NCBI RefSeq assembly: GCF_001194135.2 | Contig: NC_068981.1 | Span: 166,645,549 to 166,709,548 of the forward strand | Direction of reading: 5' to 3' | Source: Octopus bimaculoides | Taxonomy: Eukaryota | Length of the DNA: 64,000 nt | Shown: piece by piece, positions 37,901 through 50,918 of the stretch | Layout: each line of letters begins with the position of its first letter | Position numbering within the stretch: position 1 is the stretch's first letter | Position numbers and translations under genes: made by a program | The notes under the pieces: generated by a model | Told to the model about the DNA's origin: nothing | Seen by the model: the letters and a program-made list of their open reading frames with translations, nothing else | Database searches by the model: none

Positions 37901-39691
37901 GGAGAGATGCAATCAATGATATTTGTATATGTAACAACTGTACCTTGTCAGGTGTTGATAAAAGAGATAATCAGAATTTGGGAGAGTTAGCATTTTCAGG
38001 AAGTTTGTAGTTTTATCTGTGCTGATCATGAGAGGACAGTACAGAATTGTGTCTTTGAGATAGGCAGTGATTGTTTCTTACCATTCCAAGATGTTTTGGA
38101 GCCCTTCTTCATATAACAAGAGCAAGTTAAATATGTAGTTGCTACCAATTTTAAAGGAAATTACACAATATTCCCTTAGAGAACAATTGAAGCCACTACT
38201 AAACAAATAGCAATCATTTGATATGAAATTCTTCGTAAATTGTCAGGTGTTCAAAATTTGACTACAAGAAAAATAAAGTAGGTGAGATATGGTATTGCTA
38301 ACTCCTGGATTAAGAGTTCACATAAGTTGTAGGTATTTTGTTGTGTTGTTACTAAACTGAACACAATTTACATGTCTCAGCTACCAGGACTGACTATCAA
38401 ATTTCCTAAGAATATAAACCTAGAAGAGACTAGTTTCTTAACTACTGGTTGTATGTTCTTGTTTGTTAGTGGAGGTTTTTATTCTTCAGAAACTCTTTTC
38501 ATTGTTTTAGAGTTCAATGTAATCATTAGTTAAAGATATTCAAATATATTCTCAATCTTTTTCCGAGAGTAAATTCTTCTCAATTTAAATATTTTTATAT
38601 CTAATAGACAGAAAATCTCTGATCTTCTTTTCTTTTAAATGAAGTAAATGCTTAAAATTTTTAACAAGGTGAACACTTAAAGCATTTTTAAGGTTCTCTA
38701 CAAAATTTTTATTACTTGTTTTCTTATGTAGTAAAATGTTTTGAAGATTTGCATAAAAACATAAACCTATAGATTTAATGAGCTTTTTTATCACATAGTT
38801 TTGGCATCTTCAGAAAGTGAGAGTCATCTACTATATCTTCAGCCAAGCCAAAGCCTTTAGAGTGAAATCAGTAAAAGGAAACTGTATGGAAGCCTGTTAC
38901 GTGAGTGTGTGGAAGCCTGTTGTGTGTGTGTGTGTGCACATGCAAGCATGACTACTTAAATTCTCCTATATTTATATGACATCACCTGAGCAAAGCAGTG
39001 ATCTCATGTTTACATTCCCTATAAATAATATATCATGTAGCTCTGCACTTTCAAAAACCAGTGGAATAAAAAGGAAGTCCCTTACTTAAAAAAAAAAACA
39101 ATATTCTATATTATAGAATATTGTCTTAATAAGTCTCTGTCCAACACATGCCAATATGGAATAACAGACTTTGAACAAAAGAAATATGTAATGTAAGATT
39201 ACGTAAGAAAACTGTTTTGTTATTTAGTTGTTTGTAAGTTTAGATTCAACTGAAATATAGCATTTGGTTTTGTACATTCGAACTTTCTACTGCTGTAGTT
39301 CTCATATGTTAATTGTTGTAAAAGTTGTATTGCTTTTCTGTGAGCTAAGTATCTTCTGTATTTCTGATTCATGTAATTCAGTTGACATCATATGAAGTTT
39401 TATCTTGTGAACTATGTTATATATACCATATAATGCATGATAACCCAGTTATACATGTATATACGCATATATGTATGTATGTGTGTGTGTGCGTGTGTGT
39501 AGATAATTAAATGTGATCTTTTTTAACATTCTTTATTCAATAGGCATGAGTATCCTATGTTTCAAGCACTCATTATGCTTTTTGAATATTTCCCTATCTG
39601 TATTATAGCAGTTTGCATGTTAGCTTTTATGTCACTGTATATATTGATATATAAGATGAAACCTGAAGTTTGAACTTGTTAACTAAGTACT

Positions 39692-39739
<48 letters not shown>

Positions 39740-41276
39740 AAAACTATAGTTTACTACATGTTTGCAGTTCCAAATGTTATCTGCTATAATATAAAGTATG
39801 TCATTGTAAAGTAGAAGCTAAGTTTGCAGTAAACCAAGTCCAGAATCTGTCTTCCATTCTCATTTGCAACCTTTTCACTTTGCTTATGTCACTCATTCCC
39901 TTTGAAAGGACCTCATTGCTGCAGCACTCATTTTCTCCACTCCCTGAGTCAGTACAAAGCCAATTGAAAAATTACTTTGCAAACAACCAAACAATGGATT
40001 TTTTGTTTTGTTTTGTTTTTTTCAAATCAATATAATATTGATTGGTTATATATTTGAATTTCTAAGATAATTGCTAAAATATTATTAATTATTTTTAAAA
40101 TAACTGAAATTTTCCAGAATTAGAACAATTAATTCTAATGATTTGTGTTTGTTACTTCTATGTTACATTTTGATGTGCAATATTTAATATTCAATAATAA
40201 TGTATTAGCATATATGAAATAAAGAAAATGTTTATTGCTAATTATATTTAGAAGTTAATTCTTTAAATAATATTCTTTGAAGTAAAAGAAACAAAATTAA
40301 ATGTTTATTTGCCACTGGCTAATTATTATTTTCTTTTTCCTTTTACTGTGTGACAGGCTATATAATTGATCAAATTGACTTCGGTATATCAATATAAAAA
40401 CAATCACAGCAAGATTTGAACTCAAAGCCATATTGACAAAATTAAACTTAATTATGCATTTAATTCTCTGCTCTGTCATTTCATTTCTTTAATCCTTTTT
40501 TAATTATTACCATACATTAATTCAAGTCATATTAATTTCCAACATTGGTATATTGTCACATTTTGATGAAGTCTATAGTTATAACAAGTATTTAATATAT
40601 TAACTGAAGAAAGATGAAGGGTACAGTTGGCTTCAGTAAGATTTGAACTCAGAAATGTAAAGAGACATAAGGAAACACTGCAGTTGTACCAATCTACCTA
40701 CCTAGAGTATAGTATGCTGACATTAAGTGTAGAACCACTGAAAAATGTACAGAAACACAAGGAGAGAGTGAGAGAGAGAGAGTGATTTAATATCATTGCT
40801 GTTCATATGGTCTACTAGCCAGAGAAACACTGTTTTGCTTTGCATCATGTCATTGGTATTACTGAAATGGATTAGCTTCCACCTAGAATCTGATTCACCA
40901 GAATCATGCCCATTAATTCTTCAGTATTTTTCACATTTTTATTGTTAATAATATAATAGAGCAATTGGTTGTATTGACCTGCTGGATACTAAAAGCAAAT
41001 TTCATTTGATATTGAAATTTACTTATTTGCTCATTTAGAAATGAGAATAGTTTCTGAATTACAAATGTAGGGGATATCTGCATCATGTTCAAGCAAACAA
41101 CTCTACATAGACTATTATCATTGAGGCTATATTATGTTTATGGTCAACACACTTTACTCCCAATGACTAATGATAATGAAAATCTTGGTGGCTACTTTTC
41201 AAGCTTTATTCAACTCAGTTGTTTAGTCTCAGTTCAAAATATCATTGCTATATGTGCTCTTACTATGGTCACCTAG

Positions 41277-41308
41277 ACTACTTCCAGTTGTACCATTCAG
41301 TTCCAGTT
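41277..41308 (+). CDS. Exon F (32 nt) of the multi-CUE gene
   Basis: cctag| acceptor and t|GTAAGT donor; phase 2-1, the change needed to join E to G; RLLPVVPFSSS. Confidence 0.6.
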
Positions 41309-41698
41309 GTAAGTATGGAAACCTATACATGCTCACATTAAATAATAGTAACATTATAATAACCCTGATCAAGATTATCTATATTCTTAATGGCCCTATT
41401 TACAGAACAATACCAATGCTAGTATTTGTATTATTGGGATTTGAGCTAAGTCAACACCTTAATTTAGTTAACATGGAGCCTTCTTGACACATTGTCTTGT
41501 TTTCAGAGATATCCCTGAAAGGAAATGCCAAACAAAAATTGTCTTTTATTCATTATTGTTGCTGATGTTGTTAATAATTATACTTAATGCTATATTGACT
41601 TTGTTTAATAATGTCTTATTTATTTTTCTGAATTTTATTTCGTTTACTATTTCTTTATTATTGAAGTGTACGTGATGCCATTTCTTGCAAATCTCCAG

Positions 41699-41801
41699 TG
41701 GATGAAGACAGCCCTGAAAGGATATCCAACATGCCTTCGGTGATAAATGACTACCCTTCAAAACTTCCCACATCACAGGCCAGGGCCAAACAAGTTACAA
41801 G
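41699..41801 (+). CDS. Exon G of the multi-CUE gene
   Basis: ctccag| acceptor and aag|GTATGT donor; 103 nt, phase 1-2, only one open frame; DEDSPERISNMPSVINDYPSKLPTSQARAKQVT. Confidence 0.8.
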
Positions 41802-42644
41802 GTATGTTATTTCAACTTCACTGAACAGAAGCAAGCATCTAGAAACTCTTCGCACATACACTCACAGTTTATACCTTTGAGTGCATGTGTGTCTACATTT
41901 TAATACATCAAATACTAATTCTGCTTTAAGGGGAGGCACCATATTTTGCTATAGTATTTCAGAATGAAAAAATTAAATGTGAATATCAGAGAAAAGGATT
42001 GCATTTTAAGATACTACATAATTTTACATATATAACATTATAAATTAACAACTGCTTTCCATTTGTTAAAATTTGAAATTTTAAAGGCTTTCAGGCTATT
42101 GTATTTGACTGTATTTTTACCCTTCTTATACTGAAAATAATTGGAATTTGATACAAAAATGTATTTATTTAACTGTTTTTATTAAAACGCCTTTGAAAGT
42201 CTATGATATTTCAAATGTATTTTGTTGCAAATGAGCAAATTGCTACTAAGTAAATAACATTTTGAAAAGGAACTACAATATCTCCATGATTGTCTCCCTT
42301 TAAAGATTTTTTTTTTTTTTCATATTAAAAATTAACGATTTTAATCAAACATTTATCCTATCAAAACATTTAAAAATGGTGTAGAAAATCATTTTGCTTT
42401 CCATCAGAACTAGACTGTTAAGTAATTTGTAGCAAATTCTTAAATTTGATATTGAGTAAAATATCAGAAAGGTTTTGTATTTATACAACACCATGCATGC
42501 ACACACACAGACATACACACAAACACATATCATACACAATTTTTATAGTTATAATAATCAATTTTTTTTTTAATATTTCCCCTTAATTTATTTAAGATGT
42601 AATTTTTTATTTCCTTCTGTTAATCAGTAGGTATATATATACAC

Positions 42645-42690
<46 letters not shown>

Positions 42691-43214
42691 ATAAGTGCAT
42701 CATAAGTATAAACAATAGCATAATGGCTGTGCAGTTAAGGTGCTGAATTGCAGACCACATCATCATGGGTTCAAACCTTATTATTGCGCTATTGTCCTGT
42801 AGTCCTGAACAAGGTTCATCAGTTTGCATAAGTAGCAAAAATAAGTTCTTCTCCTTCACATTTGAGTGGTTTGTGGCAAGAAAGATATTCATTGCTGCAT
42901 CAAAAACCATTCCACTTTCACTTGTAAAGTTCATGTAATAGATGCACGCATCAGACATTTTTTAATTTCTTTCATTTAAACTAGAAAAAAATGTATTTAT
43001 ATCTAGTTTTAAAATACACATGGATCAGTTCTACCTTAATTCTCAAAAATTAGTCCTATATACGAAACATTATTTTATGTACTTTCTCCTCATTTATTTC
43101 TTTTTTTCTTATTTGTTTATTCTTCCAAAATTTTGTAGGCTAGTTCATATTCTCTTCAAGATGTTAGATATGCACCCTTTAGGTAAAACAAATATAGCTA
43201 TAACTCCTAATTAT

Positions 43215-43420
43215 TTCTAATATTGGCACAAAGCTAGACACATTGTTGGGTAGAGTGGAGTATTATTGATTAAATCAACCCCTAAAAAAAAAACTTTTTA
43301 TTTTACCAAATCAGTTGACCTTAATGGAATTTGAACTCAAGATCATAAAAGATATAGCCAAATACAGCAAAGTATAATTAATAGGGACAGTGTTGTCACA
43401 TTTCTGCCAATCCACCACTC
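43215..43420 (-). mobile_element. SINE family B, decayed
   Basis: ttggcacaaag..agttgaccttaatggaatttgaactc..ttctgccaatccacc. Confidence 0.6.
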
Positions 43421-43560
43421 TTACAGTGATAATGTGGATTAAATTTCCGAAATGCTATGTATTGGGATTAGTAGCGTTAACTTATGAGGATTTCAAAAGA
43501 AACTTTCTGAAGCAATATTGTACACTGACACATTCAAACAAGTGTCCTCTCATCTTGGTT

Positions 43561-43977
43561 GATACTCTTTACTCTCTCTTTTACTCTTTTACCTTTTTCA
43601 GTCATTTGACTGCGGCCATGCTGGAGCACCGCCTTTAGTCGAGCAAATCGACCCCAGGACTTATTCTTTGTAAGCCTAGTACTTATTCTATCAGTCTCTT
43701 TTGCCGAACCGCTAAGTTATGGGGACATAAACACACCAGCATCGGTTGTCAAGCGATGTTGGAGGGACAAACACAGACGCTCAAACACACACACATATAT
43801 ATATACATATATACGACGGTCTTCTTTCAGTTTCTGTCTACCAAATCCACTCACATGGCTTTGGTCGGCCCGAGACTATAGTAGAAGACACTTGCCCAAG
43901 GTGCCACGCAGTGGGACTGAACCCGGAACCATGTGGTTGGTAAGCAAGCTACTTACCACACAGCCACTCCTGCGCCT
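43561..43977 (-). mobile_element. Composite SINE (family A), intact
   Basis: Reverse complement of the 10822-11389 element including both modules and the internal (AT/AC)n; many CpGs retained. Confidence 0.95.
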
Positions 43978-44194
43978 GTTGTTAGTCACAATATTTCAGC
44001 TTTCATACTTTCTAACTCTTTTCACATGCCTGTCATATTTGGTAGTATATATTCATATTGCCTGACCCAGAGTATATATTGTTTGACTGATCCAAATATT
44101 CAACTCATGCCCACTAGCTAAACTATTATAATTCATAGTTATTCAATGCTTATATCCACTGTGCCATTGTAGTACAGTACTAAGGATAGTAAGT

Positions 44195-44583
44195 ATTTGT
44201 TGTTGGCACTCCGTCGCTTATGACGTTGAGGGTTCCACTTGATCCGATCAACAGAACAGCCTGCTCATGAAATTAACGTGCAAGTGGGTGAGCACTCCAC
44301 AGACACAGGTACTCTTAATGTAGTTCTCGGGGATATTCAGCGTGACACAGTGTGACAAGGCTGGCCCTTTGAAATACAGGTACAACAGAAACAGGAAGTA
44401 AGAATGAGAGAAAGTTGTGGTGAAAGAGTACAGCAGGGTTCGCCACCATCCCCTGCCAGAGCCTTGTGGAGCTTTAGGTGTTTTCGCTCAATAAACACTC
44501 ATAACGCCCGGTCTGGGACTCGAAACCGCGATCATATGACCGCAAGTCCGCTGTCCTAACCACTGGGCCACTGCGCCTCCACT
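44195..44583 (-). mobile_element. tRNA-derived SINE, CpG-rich (probably young)
   Basis: Reverse complement starts ggaggcgcagtggcccagtggttagg..ggtttcgagtccc (A and B boxes); tail shared with 14200-14285. Confidence 0.85.
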
Positions 44584-45649
44584 ATAGTAAGTATAAACAT
44601 AGTTTAACTGGTAGGCATTGTGCAATATTTGTGTCACAAGAATAATTAATAGGAAAATATTTTTATATTGACAATGGAGTAAGAAGAAATTATCCTTGTA
44701 GATTTAACAAAATAGTTTGGTTTTAAATTCCAAGAATGTAAGGGAATATGACAAGTATCTAAAGATGGTCAGTAGGTACAACAGACAAAATGTTGTGACT
44801 ATAACAACCAAGATGAGCCTGAATATCTATTATCTATTATTTGAACTGCGGTCAGTCCAAGAGATAGATAATAAACTGCAGCTAGTTCAGCTAAAAACCC
44901 TTCAGTGGTGCCCCTCACTGGGAACATAAATTAAGTTACAGGAACATAAGCAAACCAATTCCAGTTGTCAAGCAATGGAGATTGAGACACACACACACAT
45001 ACCTATATGTATGTATGATGAGTTTCCGCAGTTTCTGTGTATCAAATTCTCTCACAACACCATAGTTAACCCAGGGATACCAGCCTATCATAAAAGACAC
45101 TGCCCAAGGTGCATTGCGGTGGGACAGAACCCCAAATCATACCATTGCAAAGTGAGTTTCTTAACCACACAGCCATACCTGCACTTATGTCACTGTATAA
45201 TAATTATACTTCCCACCTTTCAAAATTTTAAACAAAATTTTTGCAGAGTAAAATAGCCAAATGTCCAGAATATTGGATCCTCAGCTTAGTTTGTTCCATA
45301 ATTTGTACCTTCTGCTGGTTTTTTATTTTGTCTTAGAGCAAGTTACATTATTGTAGGGGCCTTACTTCATGTAGCTGTTTAGAACAGGTATCAGCTTGCT
45401 TTTGTCAATAAAGCTACCAGTGTAATACCACTATTTCTTAACCCTGTGCGATTTCTTTCATTCCACTTTCATACTACAAAACTTATAGAAGAGTTTGAAT
45501 ACCAGAATTATGAGCATCTCAGCTTCATGAAAGAAATAACTTTTAACAAATTTACCTACTCAGCAATTTAACAATTTGGTTTTTAAATGTAAAATGATGA
45601 TGATAATATTATATATACATATATATGTATGTATATAGAGACAGAGAGA

Positions 45650-46044
45650 TGCAGGCATGGCTGTGTGGTAAGAAGCTTGCTTCCAAACCACATGGTTCCA
45701 GGTTCAATCCCACTACATGGCACTGCATGGCAAGTGTCTTCTACTATTGCCTTGGGCCAACCAAAGCCTTGTGAGTGGATTTGGTAGACAGAAACTGAAA
45801 GAAGCCCATCGTACTTATGTGTGTGTGTGTGTGTGTGCCAGTGTTTGTCCCCCTATCTCTGCTTGATAACCAGTGTTTGGTGTGTTTACATGACTTAGCA
45901 GTCTGGTAAAACAGACTGATCGAAGAAGCACTAGGCTTAAAAAATAAGTCCAGTCTGGACGTCAGTTTGTTCAACTAAAAAAAAAACCTTTAGGGCAGTG
46001 CTCCATCATGGCAGCAGTCAAATAACTGAAACAAATAAAAGAAT
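45650..46044 (+). mobile_element. Composite SINE (family A)
   Basis: gcaggcatggctgtgtggtaagaag..gaaactgaaagaagccc..(TG)n..gcagtgctccatcatggc..gaaacaaataaaag. Confidence 0.9.
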
Positions 46045-46295
46045 NNNNNNNNNNNNNNNNNNNNNNNNNNNNNNNNNNNNNNNNNNNNNNNNNNNNNNNN
46101 NNNNNNNNNNNNNNNNNNNNNNNNNNNNNNNNNNNNNNNNNNNNNNNNNNNNNNNNNNNNNNNNNNNNNNTATATATGAGTCCACATTACTCCATAAGGA
46201 GCATAGGGCCAGTTTCCTACTTTCTCTGGCGTATAGATTATAAATTAAGGTTCACACTGTTATTTTTATCTTCTTTCATTTCTCTTTATTCATTT

Positions 46296-46850
46296 ACTAG
46301 CTTAAAAGCCGCATTCTGTGCGGACTTTTAAGCTAATTGGGCCTGCAACCCAAAAGTAAGAGCTAAATAGCATGACTATAATACATCTACAATGACTATT
46401 TGCCCTGGTGGTGTTTGATCAGAAGGATGAGAATTAATTTTGTAATGCAATCATTTTATTGTTCCAGTCCCATGTTGAATTCCAACCATTTTATTGTTCC
46501 AGTCCCATGTTGAATTCCAACTGTTGGCCATTTTGTCCCAAAGTTCTTATCTCAGTATAAAATTAATGAAGCAAATGTCATTTATCTTCCACTTGGTCTC
46601 TGACATCATCTGACAAACGCCAACCAAGATGGCATGAATCAGCCAAGCTTTGCCTGCTAGAAAGAGCAACCCAAATACTTTAAAATCAGATCCCAATGAT
46701 GGATGTTCAAGAACCAAATGAAGGGCAGATTTTCAATCCCAGAATCATCCCAATTCCAAAAAGTTATAATATGTCTATGTAGAGCAAATGTAGGCTGAGA
46801 TACAGGGGTCCCAGACGGACAGACAGAATTTCGCTTTTATTATTATAGAC
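46296..46850 (+). mobile_element. Helitron/Helentron-related non-autonomous (HINE-like) element
   Basis: Starts actag with a 16-bp hairpin (46298-46335); ends cagacggacagacagaatttcgcttttattattatagac, like HINE/Helitron 3' ends; contains a 35-bp perfect tandem duplication at 46452-46521. Confidence 0.4.
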
Positions 46851-47114
46851 TTCTATTTATTTTAATTTTTATTCTTTTAATATATGTGCACAAAGAATTT
46901 CTAAACTTTCATGTTGTTGCAGTCAATAATTATTTGCAATTAGTTATATTAATTATACGTCATGAATTACAATTAGGATTGAAAGAGACTCCAATAAGTT
47001 TCATTTTTTTTTCTTTTTTTTTTTTCACAATCAATTCTGCACAAACTTCTACTTTTTTTGTTTGTCTTTTTTTTCCCCTTTTAATTTTCCCTCATCCATT
47101 GCCCTTATGGCAAC

Positions 47115-47156
<42 letters not shown>

Positions 47157-47157
47157 A

Positions 47158-47942
47158 AAACAATAAGAAGAGCGCAACTGTTATTGGTAATAAATAGAGA
47201 TTGACTCTGTTTATTAAAGTGAAAATGAAATGAACAAACAGTATTTCGACACTTTGTGTGTCTTTTACAAATTCCAAATGGTAAATGAAATGAAATGAAA
47301 TGAAATTCAAAAATAGGAAATGCTGAAACATTCAAAATTAAACTGGAATAACTGCGTTTCTTTCCAGGTAAAATGACATCATCAGTCTTCGGTCTTTCGC
47401 AAAAGGTAGCGGAAGGAAGGAAAGAAAGAAAAGAATTGGAGAAAAGCATTATTCAGTCAAAAAGTTTAGTGTAAATATGGTGGAATTCACCTGCCATTTT
47501 ATTAATTCCTCCAGGTTGAGATGTCAACAGTTCACAAATATTTCTATCCTCATTGGTTTTGAGGCCTGAAAGTGCAGTGGAATGAGGGTATTTTTTGAGA
47601 ATGTGCACCTTCAGGTCTTCCTCAAATCTACGCCTATTTGATGTGAAATGCTCTGCAAGTTCCATTGAACCACTATTATTGTGCCTGACATTGTACCTAT
47701 GTCCATTAAATCTTTTTTGTAATTGTTTTGTTGTGCAACCAACATCAATCATTTTGTTTTTGGTGCATTCTGCTGCATACACCAAATGGGAATCCTTACA
47801 GGTCCCTCCTTCTGTGTAAATCATAACATTTCTGTTATAATTCTTGATGGATTTGATCTAGTTTCTGAATGCTGCATCCCCCAAAAACACCCATAAGAGA
47901 GGTAAGCCCTGTTCATTGTGCAGTAACATGAATCAGACCAAT
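47158..47942 (-). mobile_element. Penelope-like element 3' part with GIY-YIG endonuclease ORF (47453-47824)
   Basis: TCKDSHLVYAAEC..IDVGCT..LQKRFNGHR..LAEHF..E..GGIN; the second motif reads DVG rather than YVG. Confidence 0.9.
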
Positions 47943-48372
47943 TCCATCAAAAATTATAACAGAAATGTTGTGATTTACACAGGAGGGAGGGACCTGTAAG
48001 GATTCCCATTTGGTATGTGCAGTGGAATTCCACCATATTTACACTAAACATTTTGACTGACTAATTTTTTTCCCCCAATTCTTTTCTTTCTTTTTGTTTT
48101 TTTCTTTCTTTCCTTCCTTCTACTACCTTTTGTGAAAGACCGAAGACTGATGATGTCGTTTTACCTGAAAAGAAAACACAGTTATTCCGGTTTAATTTTG
48201 AATGTTTCAGCATTTCCTATATCTTTGAAATTCATTTCATTTCATTTCCCATTTTGAACTTGTAAAAGACACACGGAGTGTTGAAATACTATTCATTCAT
48301 TTGATTTTCATTTTAATAAACAGAGTCAATCTCTATTTATTACCAATAACAGTTGCACTCTTCTTATTGTTT
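47943..48372 (+). mobile_element. Second, inverted and internally deleted copy of the same Penelope-like element
   Basis: 47943-48022 is the reverse complement of 47773-47851, and 48025-48372 of 47158-47488. Confidence 0.95.
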
Positions 48373-48429
48373 CTTTACCTTCGTGAAGAGTAACTTCAAT
48401 CTTGAAATATTAGTAGTAGTAGTAGTAGT

Positions 48430-48630
48430 GGTATTGCAGCAAGCTGGCAGAATCATTAGCATGCTGGACACAATGCTTTATGGCATTTCTTCTGTATTTA
48501 TGTTCTGAGTTCAAATTCTGCCAATGTTAACTTTGCATCTCATCTTTTCAGGATTGAGTGCTGGGATCAGTGTAATCAACCAGCCTCCCCACCTCCCAAA
48601 ATTTCAGGCCTTTTTTTTATAGTAGAAAGG
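48430..48630 (+). mobile_element. SINE family B
   Basis: gcagcaagctggcagaatcattagc..gagttcaaattctgcc..caaaatttcaggcc..gtagaaaggatt. Confidence 0.85.
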
Positions 48631-50071
48631 ATTGTAGTTATTATTTTTAGTAGTAGTATTGAGTGAAAGAGCAGCGCATGCCATCAAAGAGACACTGGGG
48701 TAAAATATATGAAGCCCATTATAGCCATCATGACTACCCGACTGATAAGGGTACTATCATCATTATTATTATTATTATTTGTTCATGTACATAACATACT
48801 GCCCAGTCCAGAAATTAAAACTACAAGTACATACCTTAAGTGCACTATAACATTGTTTCATCTTTCACTATTCCAAGTTGAAATTTCACCAAATTGGACT
48901 TTTTGCCAGAGTACATGAAATAAGCGTGGCCAATATTCAACACCAGGTTCTGTACTCTAAGAGAACGTTATTATGATATCTCTTATTGACAGTTGGTGAT
49001 CTTAGGATCAATTTACAGTGGCAGTGGTAGTACCAGCTCTTCATGCTCTTTTGTTGCTTATTTTGATAACTTTTGCTTGGAAAATGGGTCCACACCTGGA
49101 CCAGGACTACTGATTGAGCATAAATATTTCTCATGAAGATTTTGATTATCACACTTTAAGATGGCTTGTCTTGAAAGTTTGACATAAAGAATGAAAGAAA
49201 GGTAGGTCTCATAGCATTCTATTCCAGTAATCTACATTCTGAATTGAAAACTTTATCAACTTTTCCATTCCTTCTTCGAGGGTTGGGAAATGATGAAATC
49301 AGTATCAGGTGTGTTCTAGGGTTGATTTAATTGATTATACTTCTTTGTGGTAAATTTCTAACTTTATGCCAAAATATGAATTTTTTTTTTCATAAGACAT
49401 TCAAAGATAAATTCAAATTACACATCTTACCAATTGAGCTTCATCAAATTCTTTGATATGTTAATTACTAACAGCAACAGAGGTTACTATGATCATAAAA
49501 TACTAGAATTGGTTTAGAATGTCACTGATCAGCTTTTACCCCTCATTGTTCAATAGTCAGTAAAGTAGGCACCTGTAATTTATTAGTGCTTATTCAGTCA
49601 AATATACCTCTTCTGAGAAAACTAACCATACCAGTTACGCACAGTGGTCATTGGTATTCACTAACTCTTTCCTTTCAAAATTTAGACCTTAAGCCTAAAT
49701 AAGAAACCATTGTTTCTGCTTAATAATTATACTGATATCTACTTTTTAGTTGTTTTATTCTTTTCTTTTTTTTTCTTCGTTTTTTGTTTTCCACTCTGCC
49801 CCTATCTAGTTACTTACATACCAGTCTTTAGCTAACAAGCTATCTGTCTATCACCAGCTGTTAAGCATCAAATCTATCTTAATTTTATTCTACAATATTT
49901 ATAATTTCTTTTGATTTTTTTTTAAATCTAATTTTAATATCTAAACATCATCATCCAGAAATTAGTTTTTCACACACACACACACACTGAAAAGATTAAT
50001 TTTTACTAATTCATTCTTTAAAATCCATCATAATCAAAACCTTTGTTACTTGTCTTTCTTTAACCTTTGAC

Positions 50072-50109
<38 letters not shown>

Positions 50110-50213
50110 GGTTTTTTATCATCTATTTGTTATAGTATTTTAATAATGTATAGTTATAGAAAAAACCCTGATATTTTACACAAACTGGGTAAGTGGTTTG
50201 GTTGCTGTTTTAG

Positions 50214-50480
50214 GCTCAGCGAGCAGCTACTAAATTCCACCACTGACATGTTGTGTCACATAGCCAACAGTTGCTGCATTGGGGGGACAACGGCAACTGT
50301 TGCAAGCCTAGCAAGCTGTGGCATTACTGGTGATGGAGGAGGTGGGAATGGAATTACTACTACTGCTACTACTACTACTGTTGCTGCAGCTGCTGGTGAT
50401 GGTGATCAGAAAGTTTCGGGACCAAAGTTCTACAGCAAAGAAGCTCCAGGAACCAAAAGCAAGGATCTGGCGAGCATGAG
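50214..50480 (+). CDS. Probable exon H of the multi-CUE gene (low-complexity T/G/A-rich)
   Basis: gttttag| acceptor and gag|GTGGGA donor; 267 nt, phase 2-2, only that frame open and compatible with exon G; LSEQLLNSTTDMLCH..KVSGPKFYSKEAPGTKSKDLASM. Confidence 0.55.
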
Positions 50481-50918
50481 GTGGGAAACAACCGCCACTC
50501 TAGCAATTTTAACAAATTTTTAAAAATCCAAAAAGCCTGCTCGCTTTCTAGGGAACATGACTGCCATCTGAAAGGCTGATATGGCCATTAGTTCTGCATA
50601 AGTTTTTTCATGTTCATTTTACATTCTTCTATCGAGCAGTGTTTGTTTGGTCTCTGTTTTGTCTGGTGATCAGAAGTATTTAACAAACTTGCTTTAATAC
50701 TTAGTAGGTTAAAAATAAAGATATTTTCAGATCCATAGCAATAAAAGTGCATATGTGAGAGAGAAACTGTGTATTTGTGTGTGCATGTTTGCACGCGTGT
50801 ATACATGCATGTGTGAGGGAAGATTTTATGCATTGACTGTCTATATAGTGAAGTGATAAATTCTCAGCAAACAGTCTCCAATGCAGTTTTTATTCACGTT
50901 TGTTTTTTTTTGCCTTAG

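Noticed and set aside
38814-38900. Exon-like segment ending ttac|GTGAGT
   Set aside because: Open only in phase 0, incompatible with exon E, and it overlaps a SINE-tail-like sequence (ggaaactgtatggaagcc..(TG)n).
39098-39124. 13-bp AT-rich palindrome (also a 9-bp stem at 51854-51874)
   Set aside because: Short and low-complexity; expected by chance in AT-rich DNA.
41507-41675. Acceptor at 41506 with ORF RDIPERKCQ..
   Set aside because: No usable donor; runs into T-rich intron sequence, and gives an immediate stop after exon F.
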